Shown one piece after another: positions 7,211 through 15,395 of a DNA stretch of 15,937 nucleotides. The DNA comes from a bacterium (GTDB lineage: Bacteria > Zhuqueibacterota > Zhuqueibacteria > Oceanimicrobiales > Oceanimicrobiaceae). The stretch is from the NCBI GenBank assembly GCA_046758365.1, contig JBHIAC010000074.1, positions 1 through 15,937 of the forward strand, given 5' to 3'. The notes under the pieces were generated by a model. That model was given only the letters and a program-made list of their open reading frames with translations, did not search any database and had not been told where the DNA came from. How positions within the stretch are numbered: the first letter of the stretch is position 1; every line of letters begins with the position of its first letter. The translations under genes were made by a program, and so were the position numbers.

Positions 7211-7597
7211 CTACGATTTATCATGTTTAAAAAAATTATTTTCGATAATTTCTTTAAGAATCACAGCATGATTGTGTAAAGGATCCTCATTGCCATACAA
7301 AAGCGTGACATCCCCGTTTTGAGACTTCTTAGCGATCTCCGCTAAAAGTTTTTTTTTGTGGTTGGAAGATAACATTTCCTCAACATACTTAGATTTGTAC
7401 TTTTCCCAATTAGGGGTACTAAAGTGGAAACGTTGTAAATCGTATGAAGGTCCTAATTCTTGAAGCCATTCATCAACGTATGTCTCCCGGGTTTTCAAGC
7501 CCTCTGGCCAAAACAGATCGACCAAAATTCGATAACCATCTTCCTGTTGTGCTTTAGCGTGAACACTTTTACACTTTAACATATTACACACCATCAC
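7211..7597 (-). CDS. DUF488 (YeaO-like) family protein
   Basis: DGYRILVDLFWPEGL, DEWLQELGPSYDL..F, VTLLYG...HNHAVILKE match the YeaO pattern; exact start uncertain (possibly MLKCK). Confidence 0.85.
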   Translation of the reverse strand: MMVCNMLKCKSVHAKAQQEDGYRILVDLFWPEGLKTRETYVDEWLQELGPSYDLQRFHFSTPNWEKYKSKYVEEMLSSNHKKKLLAEIAKKSQNGDVTLLYGNEDPLHNHAVILKEIIENNFFKHDKS

Positions 7598-7992
7598 TCC
7601 TTTAAGTGCTTTTCAGTCTGTTCATCCAAAGGGAAACCAGCATTTTGCCAAGCTTCTTTTCCACCTTGGAATAATAAAACATTGGAAAAGCCCATTCTCT
7701 GTAGGATTCGAGCCGCCGTACTGCCTACACTGGAGGATGTTTCTTGGCAGTAAACAACTATTTGCTCATATTTTCGGAACTTTTGATCAGCAGTTTCTCT
7801 AAGAGTATTCAATGGCATATTGACAGCACCTGGGATATGGCCTTTATTATAATCTTCTTCATTAGAAACTTCCACTAAATGAAAAATTTCTCCCTCATCT
7901 ATTTTTAATTTTAATTCCTCTAAACTGAGTTCGGCGACCATCTCTTCGAGATTGTACAGTCGCTTCTCTGTTAGCAAATCCTTTATATTCAT
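7594..7992 (-). CDS. single-domain rhodanese-like protein
   Basis: YNKGHIPGAVNMP, IVVYC active-site Cys, AARILQRMGFSNV..FQGGKEAWQNAGFP. Confidence 0.88.
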   Translation of the reverse strand: MNIKDLLTEKRLYNLEEMVAELSLEELKLKIDEGEIFHLVEVSNEEDYNKGHIPGAVNMPLNTLRETADQKFRKYEQIVVYCQETSSSVGSTAARILQRMGFSNVLLFQGGKEAWQNAGFPLDEQTEKHLKE

Positions 7993-8050
7993 GTTGGACT
8001 TTATATAAAGCGTTAACCCTAAACAAATTAAATAACTTCAAACAAAGTGA

Positions 8051-8079
8051 AATATAATAAAATGAATTGTTTTGTGCAA
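8051..8079 (-). promoter_or_regulatory. sigma70-type promoter for the rhodanese-DUF488-hydrolase cluster
   Basis: minus strand TTGCAC (8079-8074), 17 nt, TATATT (8056-8051). Confidence 0.6.
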
Positions 8080-8096
8080 CAAGAAAGTCATTTTTA

Positions 8097-8138
8097 CTCT
8101 ACGCTCTATACTCTACACTCCACGCTATTCGCACTACG
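8097..8138. repeat. six degenerate tandem heptamers (CTCTACG consensus) at the apgM stop
   Basis: CTCTACG CTCTATA CTCTACA CTCCACG CTATTCG CACTACG. Confidence 0.7.
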
Positions 8139-9345
8139 CTCCAAACTTTTTCAACCGCAGCGCATGGGCGAGGGCCACAGCCATAAGATTCTGGGCCAGC
8201 GTTTGTCCTAATGCTCCTTTCAAACATTCTAATTCATTAAATCTTTCTACTCTGTCTATGCGGGCATATTTGGAGTACAAAAGCACAGGCACCGGATGCC
8301 AACTGTGGCTGCGCAAAGCCGAAGGTGTTGAATGATCCCCTGTAATTACCAAAACATCGGGATTCAATCGGGTAATTTTGGGTATCATGGCATCTAACTC
8401 TTCAATGGCTTTTACCTTGGCTTCGAAATTACCATCCTCACCAGTGGCATCGGTAGTTTTGACATGCAGGAAAATAAAATCGTACTTATTGTAATTCTTT
8501 TCTAAAGCCTCAAATTGCGATAGAATATCTGGCGTCACTGGATGAATGTCCATACCAATCAAAAAAGAGACTCCACGATACATCGGGTAATTAGCGATGC
8601 AAAGCGCTTTCAACTTATACCGCTCCTTCATGGACTTGTAAGGGCGATGTTTTGCAAAACCGCGCAGAGTGATCATATTAGCTTGCTTTTCATTGGTTAA
8701 AATTTCCTTAGCCTGATGAATAAATTCTTTCACCATATCGGCCGTTTTCTTTGCTTCCGGTCGAAGGGGTTCTGGGTCTAGTGCTGGAACGCCGGTGATC
8801 TGGGGATCGGTCTCAAAAATATTTTCCTCCAAGCCATCGCCGCGTAATACCAACAGAAATCGATGATCTTTAACCGTCTCAATAATAACTTCCACCCCAT
8901 CAAGCTTTATGTTTTCCCGCAGTTTTTGACAAATTCTTTTGTTCTCATCGGTAGGGATACGACCCGCCCTCCGGTCAACAATATTACCATCTTTGTCTAC
9001 TGTGGCAAAATTGCCGCGAACCGCCAAATCTTTATCGGTTAAATGGAAACTAATTCCAGCCGCCTCCAAGACTCCTCGACCGATATTGCTTTCGAGGGGT
9101 TCATAGCCAAAAAGAGCAAAATGGCCAGGACCACTACCGGGAGTAACGCCTGGGCTAACTGGAATCAACAAACCACAAGAAGATTTCTTAACAAGTACAT
9201 CCAAGTTGGGTGTTTTAGCCATCTCCAATTCAGTGCCCGGATAATTTCCCATGTGCAGTCCGCCAATCCCGTCCATAATAAAAAAAATAATTTTTGTATC
9301 ATTTTCAATCGTTAGCTCGTCAATTATATTTTGATAATTAGACAT
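8134..9345 (-). CDS. apgM: 2,3-bisphosphoglycerate-independent phosphoglycerate mutase, ApgM (archaeal) type
   Basis: IMDGIGG, TELEMAKTPNLD, TPGSGPGHFALFGY (catalytic Ser), GRGVLEA, DRRAGRI, FLHVKTTDATGEDG, ITGDHSTP, HSWHPVP; GGAGG RBS. Confidence 0.93.
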   Translation of the reverse strand: MSNYQNIIDELTIENDTKIIFFIMDGIGGLHMGNYPGTELEMAKTPNLDVLVKKSSCGLLIPVSPGVTPGSGPGHFALFGYEPLESNIGRGVLEAAGISFHLTDKDLAVRGNFATVDKDGNIVDRRAGRIPTDENKRICQKLRENIKLDGVEVIIETVKDHRFLLVLRGDGLEENIFETDPQITGVPALDPEPLRPEAKKTADMVKEFIHQAKEILTNEKQANMITLRGFAKHRPYKSMKERYKLKALCIANYPMYRGVSFLIGMDIHPVTPDILSQFEALEKNYNKYDFIFLHVKTTDATGEDGNFEAKVKAIEELDAMIPKITRLNPDVLVITGDHSTPSALRSHSWHPVPVLLYSKYARIDRVERFNELECLKGALGQTLAQNLMAVALAHALRLKKFGA

Positions 9346-9405
9346 GAATCCTCCAAAATCTTATGTTCCCTTTTTTAGTTTTTTTGCAGTTATCTTAATT
9401 TATAA

Positions 9406-9434
9406 AAAATAAAAAATTCCATTACATTAGTCAA
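9406..9434 (-). promoter_or_regulatory. sigma70-type promoter for apgM
   Basis: minus strand TTGACT (9434-9429), 17 nt, TATTTT (9411-9406). Confidence 0.5.
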
Positions 9435-9870
9435 GAAACAAAAGTAGATTTTTATGCGCATTTTTACAAAAGGTATTTAAAATGTTATGGGCCTTTATTG
9501 ATTCTTCCTTTCCCGTCCATGAATTGTCCCGCCTTTCCTCTAGGATGTATAAATGGACAATCGGGTTGGACATTAACAAATTAGGATCATTCAGTATATT
9601 CATGCTGAATGCAAGATTATATAGGATATTTATCCCTCTATTCGGACTAACGAGTGGGGACAAATGTCCTCTATTATTTCATGTTCAGGCTGGAATATCC
9701 AGAACAATCAGTGTCTACCTGTAACTGAGGTATTACTAAAAATGTAAAATTTCCCTTGCACTTAAAAGAATTTTTTTTTATTTATAATTTAAACATCTTA
9801 AGCACTCCTTTTAAAATCAAATCATTTGAAACAATACTCTGTTTCCATGTCAAATTTAGGAGGTCTAATT

Positions 9871-12513
9871 ATGAATTTTCGAAGGCGTCGTACACTCATT
9901 TGTTTAACCATTTCCTTTCATCTCATTTTGGGCGTGTGTTACCTACAAGCTCAAAATGTACCATCTCCCGCATCTCATTTCAGATTTGAACTTGGTACAG
10001 ACGGCAAATTAGCTTCATGGAAATCAATCGTAGAATACTACTACAAGCTGGCTGATGCCTCTGATCGGGTGACGGTTCGAAATCTCGGCAAGACCACACT
10101 GGGCAATCCTTTTCTGCTGGTCATCATAACCGCACCAGAAAATCAGGCTCGGCTGGATCGCCTTGCTGAAATCAGCCGCAGCCTGGCCGATCTGCGTGGG
10201 CTTTCTGAAGCCGAAATTGAACAACTCATTGCCGATGGCAAAAGTGTGGTTGCCGTCACCGTCGGATTGCATTCCACGGAAGTGGCCGCCACACAAATGG
10301 CTCCAGGTTTGGCTTATCGCCTGGCTACTTCAAACGATCCGCAAACCAGCAGAATTTTGCATGAATCGGTCTTGTTACTTTTCGGCTGTTTCAATCCAGA
10401 TGGCACGGAAATGGTCGTCGAATGGGTAGATAAAACCCGAGGCACAAAGTACCAGGGCTCTCGCCTGCCCGATCTCTACCATCATTATGCCGGCCATGAT
10501 AATAATCGTGATTCTTATATGCTGTCCCTCAATGAATCACAGATGTTCGCGCAAGTGGTATACCATGAGTGGATCCCCCAAATGTACCTTGATGTCCACC
10601 AAATGGGCAGCTACGGAGCGCGTTTGTATGTGCCGCCTTACCACGACCCGATCAACCCAAACGTCGATCCATTGATCTGGATGGAGCACGAGCTGGTGGG
10701 TGCCAATATGGAAATAGCCCTGGAACGGGCAGGCATAAAAGGAGTTGTGGCTGGGGCGCCTTATACAGGCTGGTGGTTCCCCTCGTTTCACATGAGCACA
10801 AATCATCGCAATATTGCCGGCATGCTCACAGAAACCGCCAGTGCACGCTTGGCTTGGCCTCTCTACATCCATCCGCACCAGCTTCGTCCACATGGGCGCA
10901 GCCACTCTGAGTATGAGCCTATGCAAATCTTCCCAAATCCCTGGCCGGGCGGCTGGTGGCGACTGGCAGACATGATTAAACAGCAAGAGATCAGTACCTA
11001 TTCTTTGCTCGTTACCGCTGCTAACAATCGCGAGCTTCTGTTACAGAATAGGGTCTTCAAAGCGCGTCGAACTATCAAGCGTGGGAAAGAAGGGCCGGTA
11101 TTCGCCTATATTATTCCGGCAGGGCAGCACGATCCACTCACCATTGAAAAATTCATCGGCGTCCTTATGAATAACAATATTGAAGTGCATCGGGCAACAT
11201 CGGATTTTATCCAGGATGGGCGCGCATATACCACAGGTGATTTTGTGGTTTCGCTTGCGCAGCCGAACGGCGTTTTGGCGAAATCTCTGCTGGCTGAGGC
11301 ACATTATCCCGATAACGCCATCACCCGTCGCGCGGATGGCAGTATCTTGCGTCCCTATGATATGGCAAACTTCGTCCTTGCTGAACACATGGATGTTCAG
11401 GCTCAACCTGCTTATAATCAGTTGAATGTTTCACTGGAACGACTGACTGAAACGCCAAAAAGTCAGGGGAGCGTTAAAGGCTCTGGAAGCGCAGGTTGGA
11501 TTTTATCACATCAATACAATGATGCATTTAGAGCAATGAATGAAATTCTCGCTCAAGGTAGTGATATTTTCTGGTTAAAACAGCCAATAGAGCTGGAAGG
11601 TAAAAAATATGCTCCTGGGGCAATTTGGATTCCTGGCGGGCGAACTTCTGCTTCCCAAATATCTGACCTGACACAGAAATATGGCCTCCCCTTTCAAGCA
11701 GTATCCCAGCCTCCAAAAGGGACAGTCCTTAAACTGAAAAAACTTCGTTTTGGCTTGTACCGACGCTATATGGGTGGAAATATAGATGAAGGCTGGACGC
11801 GTTACTTACTGGATACATGGGATTTTCCCTATGAACGTGTCAATATAGATGCGATTCATAAGGATGCCCTCAAAAATCTCGATGTTTTGCTTATCCCACA
11901 CGATAACATGCGAGCACTCATGGGTGGTGTAACTAAAGAGAAAAAAGATGAAGGAGTTGAAGAAGAATATCCTGATGTTTTTTTGCCGCCTGCATATAAA
12001 AAAAGCTTTGACGATAAGGGCCTAAAAAAGCTAAAGGATTTTATACGGCAAGGAGGTACATTAATATTGCTTGGAGGGGCTTCGCAATTTGCATTGGAAA
12101 AATTAGGCGTTCCCATCCGCAACGTGGTGCAAGATCTCCCTGATACAGAATATTTTTGTCCGGGTTCAACTTTGCGGGCACAATTCGATACCAGCCATCC
12201 ATTAGCCTATGGCATGCCCAAAAATGGCTTGATTCTTAACTGGAGTAATCCTACTTTTGCAATCAATCCTTCGTCACTAAACGAGCAAATAGCAGCCCCT
12301 GTGACTTATCCTAAGCAAAACCTTTTGAAAAGCGGCTGGCTCATCGGTGAAGAAAAAATCGCAGGCAAAGCAGCAGCGCTTGACATCGACTACGGTAAAG
12401 GGCGTATCATTTTGATTGGCTTTCGTCCACAGCATCGATCACAGACCCATGGTACGTTCAAGATAATTTTTAATGCCATCTACTATGGCGCGGCAGAGGA
12501 AGTCTTTCTATAA
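9871..12513 (+). CDS. secreted M14-family zinc carboxypeptidase-like protein with C-terminal class I GATase-like domain
   Basis: AGGAGG RBS 7 nt before the ATG at 9871 (preferred over 9826); signal peptide MNFRRRRT-hydrophobic-LQA; Zn motifs GLHSTE, DNNRD, LDVHQMG; NPDG; C-terminal DEGWTRYLLD and LKDFIRQGGTLILLG. Confidence 0.88.
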   Translation: MNFRRRRTLICLTISFHLILGVCYLQAQNVPSPASHFRFELGTDGKLASWKSIVEYYYKLADASDRVTVRNLGKTTLGNPFLLVIITAPENQARLDRLAEISRSLADLRGLSEAEIEQLIADGKSVVAVTVGLHSTEVAATQMAPGLAYRLATSNDPQTSRILHESVLLLFGCFNPDGTEMVVEWVDKTRGTKYQGSRLPDLYHHYAGHDNNRDSYMLSLNESQMFAQVVYHEWIPQMYLDVHQMGSYGARLYVPPYHDPINPNVDPLIWMEHELVGANMEIALERAGIKGVVAGAPYTGWWFPSFHMSTNHRNIAGMLTETASARLAWPLYIHPHQLRPHGRSHSEYEPMQIFPNPWPGGWWRLADMIKQQEISTYSLLVTAANNRELLLQNRVFKARRTIKRGKEGPVFAYIIPAGQHDPLTIEKFIGVLMNNNIEVHRATSDFIQDGRAYTTGDFVVSLAQPNGVLAKSLLAEAHYPDNAITRRADGSILRPYDMANFVLAEHMDVQAQPAYNQLNVSLERLTETPKSQGSVKGSGSAGWILSHQYNDAFRAMNEILAQGSDIFWLKQPIELEGKKYAPGAIWIPGGRTSASQISDLTQKYGLPFQAVSQPPKGTVLKLKKLRFGLYRRYMGGNIDEGWTRYLLDTWDFPYERVNIDAIHKDALKNLDVLLIPHDNMRALMGGVTKEKKDEGVEEEYPDVFLPPAYKKSFDDKGLKKLKDFIRQGGTLILLGGASQFALEKLGVPIRNVVQDLPDTEYFCPGSTLRAQFDTSHPLAYGMPKNGLILNWSNPTFAINPSSLNEQIAAPVTYPKQNLLKSGWLIGEEKIAGKAAALDIDYGKGRIILIGFRPQHRSQTHGTFKIIFNAIYYGAAEEVFL

Positions 12514-12751
12514 GTTGATGGGATAAACTAGAATATGATTGGAAAAATTATATCAGCAGGTGTACCAAATGCTGGGGGAATTGAAGACAATTTTAAAGAG
12601 CTTAGACACTTGACAGATTATTGGAAGGTAAATAATCAATTTTTGCTAGCGTATTTAATTTAGTGGAAAATGGTGCAGTTAATATCGAGTTTAGTAAAAT
12701 TGCTCGCCTGTCTGAAATGAATTTATAAAGAATGAGGGTTTAATTAAGATT

Positions 12752-13000
12752 ATGAAATTTGCTGATGAAGTAAAAGTAGCTTTAGTAACCGCCGCCTGCG
12801 TTCTTGGCAGTGCAATCATATTCAAAAATGTTCTTTACGTACAAGCTGACTTCATAGTATCAAACGGCCCTTTCTATTTATTTATCGTTTATCTGATTAC
12901 AAGAGGCCAAACAAAGAAATCAAAATGTAATAAACCATTATACTGGAGTTTAGCAATAATTTTTGTTACATTATCTACTATAGTGTTGTATGCAATATGA
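12752..13000 (+). CDS. small 82-aa membrane protein with about three TM segments, unknown function
   Basis: GAGGG upstream; three hydrophobic segments with a basic loop (TRGQTKKSK). Confidence 0.65.
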   Translation: MKFADEVKVALVTAACVLGSAIIFKNVLYVQADFIVSNGPFYLFIVYLITRGQTKKSKCNKPLYWSLAIIFVTLSTIVLYAI

Positions 13001-13188
13001 CTTTCGGTGGTCGCGCAACATTACACTCCAATTTCATCGAAACCTGCCCCGCTTCGTTCGGTTACTTATCAGGACGTTATAAGATTCACTTTGCTAACCC
13101 AAAATCTGTTCTCAATTCGAAAACACATTAACCTTTTTGTGAAACAATCCTTCGACCGTTAATACTCAGCTAATAAATAAAAAAAATC

Positions 13189-13262
13189 TTGACAATATCA
13201 ATCTGAATTTGTATATTATTCAGTAATAACTGATTATTCAGATTAATCTAATAATACTGATT
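13189..13262 (+). promoter_or_regulatory. promoter of the hgcC-arsM operon with overlapping operator-like repeats
   Basis: TTGACA (13189-13194), 17 nt, TATATT (13212-13217); IR AATCTGAAT (13200-13208) / ATTCAGATT (13236-13244); TCAGT-AATA-ACTGA (13220-13233); direct repeat ATTATTCAG (13215, 13233). Confidence 0.75.
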
Positions 13263-13286
13263 CCATTAACTTATGAGGTGTGAAAA

Positions 13287-13565
13287 ATGGCCAAAAATGA
13301 TATAAACAATAAAAGTTTTGTGCCAACGGGCAAAGGAATAGGTTGCTGTAAAGTAGAATCATTAACAAGCGTTGATGAACGAGGCCAGATGGTGCTTCCT
13401 AAAGAGTTAAGAGCGCGGGCAAATATTCGTGCTGGTGATAAGTTAGCAATTATGAGTTGGGAAAAAGATGGCGAGGTGTGCTGTATCTCTTTAATTAAAG
13501 TGAAAGATCTCACAGAGATGGTAAAAGGTATGCTTGGACCATTAATGAAAGACATATTACAATAA
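13287..13565 (+). CDS. hgcC: AbrB/MazE/SpoVT-fold protein with two CC motifs, HgcAB-associated (HgcC-like) family
   Basis: SVDERGQMVLPKELRARANIRAGDKL is an AbrB swapped-hairpin signature, flanked by GCCKVES and EVCCISLIK; GAGGTG RBS; family name recalled from pattern, not searched. Confidence 0.8.
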   Translation: MAKNDINNKSFVPTGKGIGCCKVESLTSVDERGQMVLPKELRARANIRAGDKLAIMSWEKDGEVCCISLIKVKDLTEMVKGMLGPLMKDILQ

Positions 13566-13582
13566 TAATGGAGGCAGCCAAA

Positions 13583-14434
13583 ATGAAGGAAGAAAAAATA
13601 AAAAGAGTGGTAAGAGAAGGCTATGCTAAAATAGCCAGAAATAACAGCTCCAGTTGTGGAAGTACTGACATAAATGACAGTGTCTGTTGTGGCCCTGCTG
13701 ACTTAGCAGAGGACATTAGTAAAAAGATGGGTTATTCCGAAGATGAACTTAATGCGGTTCCAAAGAATGCCAATTTAGGTCTTGGTTGTGGGAATCCTGT
13801 CGCGCTTGCATCTTTAACCGAAGGTGAGACCGTTCTTGATCTTGGTTCAGGTGCGGGATTCGATTGTTTTCTCGCTGCAAATAAAGTTGGTAAAAATGGC
13901 AAAGTAATCGGTATAGATATGACACCGGAGATGCTTGAAAAAGCCATAGAAAATGCCAGAAAAGGGAATTACAGTAATGTAGAGTTTAGGCTCGGAGAGA
14001 TTGAAAATCTACCGGTGGCTGATAATTTTGCTGATATTGTCACCTCAAATTGCGTTATCAATCTCTCCCCCGACAAAAGAAGGGTTTTCATGGAAGCTTT
14101 CAGAGTGTTAAAACCAGGTGGAAGAATGATGATTTCAGACATTGTGTTGACAAAGGAACTGCCAGATTTCATAAAGAACTCGATTGATGCCTACATTGGA
14201 TGTGTTTCAGGAGCAATATTAAAGGACAAATACATAGAGATTATAAAAGAAGCAGGATTTCAGGAAATCCGGATAATTAATGAGACCTCTTTACCTAGTG
14301 AGACTATTGCTAATGATCCTACTGCACAGGCATTCATTAAAGACTTAAAAATACCACTTGAAAAAGTAAGGGAGATTGCAAGTTCGGTTGTGAGTATAAA
14401 GGTGTATGGGATTAAACCAAAAAATAATTCCTAA
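13583..14434 (+). CDS. arsM: arsenite S-adenosylmethionine methyltransferase
   Basis: VREGYAKIA, VCCGP, ANLGLGCGNP, SAM motif VLDLGSGAGFD, GIDMTPEML, SNCVINLSPDK, YIGCVSGA (conserved ArsM cysteines); GGAGG RBS favours the ATG at 13583 over 13568. Confidence 0.92.
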   Translation: MKEEKIKRVVREGYAKIARNNSSSCGSTDINDSVCCGPADLAEDISKKMGYSEDELNAVPKNANLGLGCGNPVALASLTEGETVLDLGSGAGFDCFLAANKVGKNGKVIGIDMTPEMLEKAIENARKGNYSNVEFRLGEIENLPVADNFADIVTSNCVINLSPDKRRVFMEAFRVLKPGGRMMISDIVLTKELPDFIKNSIDAYIGCVSGAILKDKYIEIIKEAGFQEIRIINETSLPSETIANDPTAQAFIKDLKIPLEKVREIASSVVSIKVYGIKPKNNS

Positions 14435-14512
14435 GAAAAGCTGAGCCCGAAAGCATACGGTTACACCAATCAAAAGCTAACCTTCTTGAAGAAGGTCAGC
14501 TTTTCTTAGGAA
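14428..14512 (+). terminator. terminator-like hairpin after arsM nested in a 17-bp inverted repeat
   Basis: inner hairpin AAAAGCTAACCTTCT (14472-14486) / AGAAGGTCAGCTTTT (14490-14504) with TTTTCTT tail; outer perfect IR 14428-14444 / 14496-14512. Confidence 0.6.
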
Positions 14513-14537
14513 GAGTTTAAAAACTCTAATATAAGTT

Positions 14538-15395
14538 ATGAATCGCTTGAGCTGGATTTTGGCGATGAAGGGAGCACGGCTTAATGCGTTGATGACGCAA
14601 CACACGCGCCTTTTGGTGATCACCACCATCACTTTGGCGGTGATCGTGGTCCTACTAGCTCTACCGCCAATTCCACAGAGCCAGGCCTACCACAGCTTTG
14701 TTGACCAACGCACCCTGCTTGGCATTTCCAACTTCCTCAACGTTATCTCCAATGCCCCGTTCTTTCTTGTCGGTACGCTGGGCTTATTTTTCTTGTGGCA
14801 AAAACGGGCCACGGATGCCGGCGGTGCTTTCGTTAAAAGTTCTGAGCAATGGCCCTATGGGGTCTTTTTTTGTGGGGTGGTGCTCACGGGCTTTGGATCG
14901 GTTTACTATCACCTAGCACCCGATAATGCGCGGCTCTTCTGGGACCGTTTACCGATGACCTTGGTCTTCATGTCTTTTTTTGCCGCCATCCTCACCGAGC
15001 GGATCAGTGTGAAGGCTGGCTTGCTTTCTCTCTTACCTCTGGTCTCCTTCGGCATTGGTACTGTGATTTACTGGCACTGGAGTGAGCTTAGGGGAGTGGG
15101 CGACCTACGCCTCTACATCATGGTGCAGTTTTATCCGATTTTAGCTATCCCTCTCATTGTGCTTCTTTTCCCATCAAAATACACTCGAAGCACGGACCTT
15201 TTGGGCGTGTTCGCTCTTTATGCTGTAGCAAAGGGTTTTGAGCTTCTCGATACCAAGATTTTCGCCTTAGGCCGGATTGTGAGCGGTCATACTCTAAAGC
15301 ATCTCGCAGCGGCATTTGCCACCTACTGGATTCTGCAGATGCTCCGAAACAGACATCCCTTGACTACAAAGTTGCGCTCAGCCTCAGCAAGCTAA
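14538..15395 (+). CDS. alkaline ceramidase-like (CREST superfamily) membrane hydrolase
   Basis: PIPQSQAYHSFVDQRTLLGISNFLNVISNAPF, GSVYYH (SxxxH), LFWDRLPM, SGHTLKH (HxxxH-like); multiple TM segments; true start may be a downstream ATG. Confidence 0.85.
   Translation: MNRLSWILAMKGARLNALMTQHTRLLVITTITLAVIVVLLALPPIPQSQAYHSFVDQRTLLGISNFLNVISNAPFFLVGTLGLFFLWQKRATDAGGAFVKSSEQWPYGVFFCGVVLTGFGSVYYHLAPDNARLFWDRLPMTLVFMSFFAAILTERISVKAGLLSLLPLVSFGIGTVIYWHWSELRGVGDLRLYIMVQFYPILAIPLIVLLFPSKYTRSTDLLGVFALYAVAKGFELLDTKIFALGRIVSGHTLKHLAAAFATYWILQMLRNRHPLTTKLRSASAS

Noticed and set aside
4174..9315. Short ORFs antisense or out of frame to putB, the dehydrogenase, the hydrolase and apgM
   Set aside because: They overlap well-supported genes and have no independent evidence.
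9756..9788. Phase-variable promoter for the peptidase (T9 tract between TTGCAC and TATAAT)
   Set aside because: The 21-nt spacing would need loss of four T residues, and T runs are common in this AT-rich DNA.
9427..9989. ORFs 9427-9663, 9482-9724 and 9756-9989
   Set aside because: No convincing RBS or motifs; they overlap each other or promoter regions.
13287..14434. Mercury methylation locus or MazEF-type toxin-antitoxin pair
   Set aside because: No HgcA cap-helix motif or HgcB ferredoxin in the window, and the gene after the AbrB-fold protein is a methyltransferase, not a toxin.
10024..14916. Short ORFs overlapping the peptidase, hgcC, arsM and ceramidase-like genes
   Set aside because: Shadow frames, including 13271-13555 antisense to hgcC.
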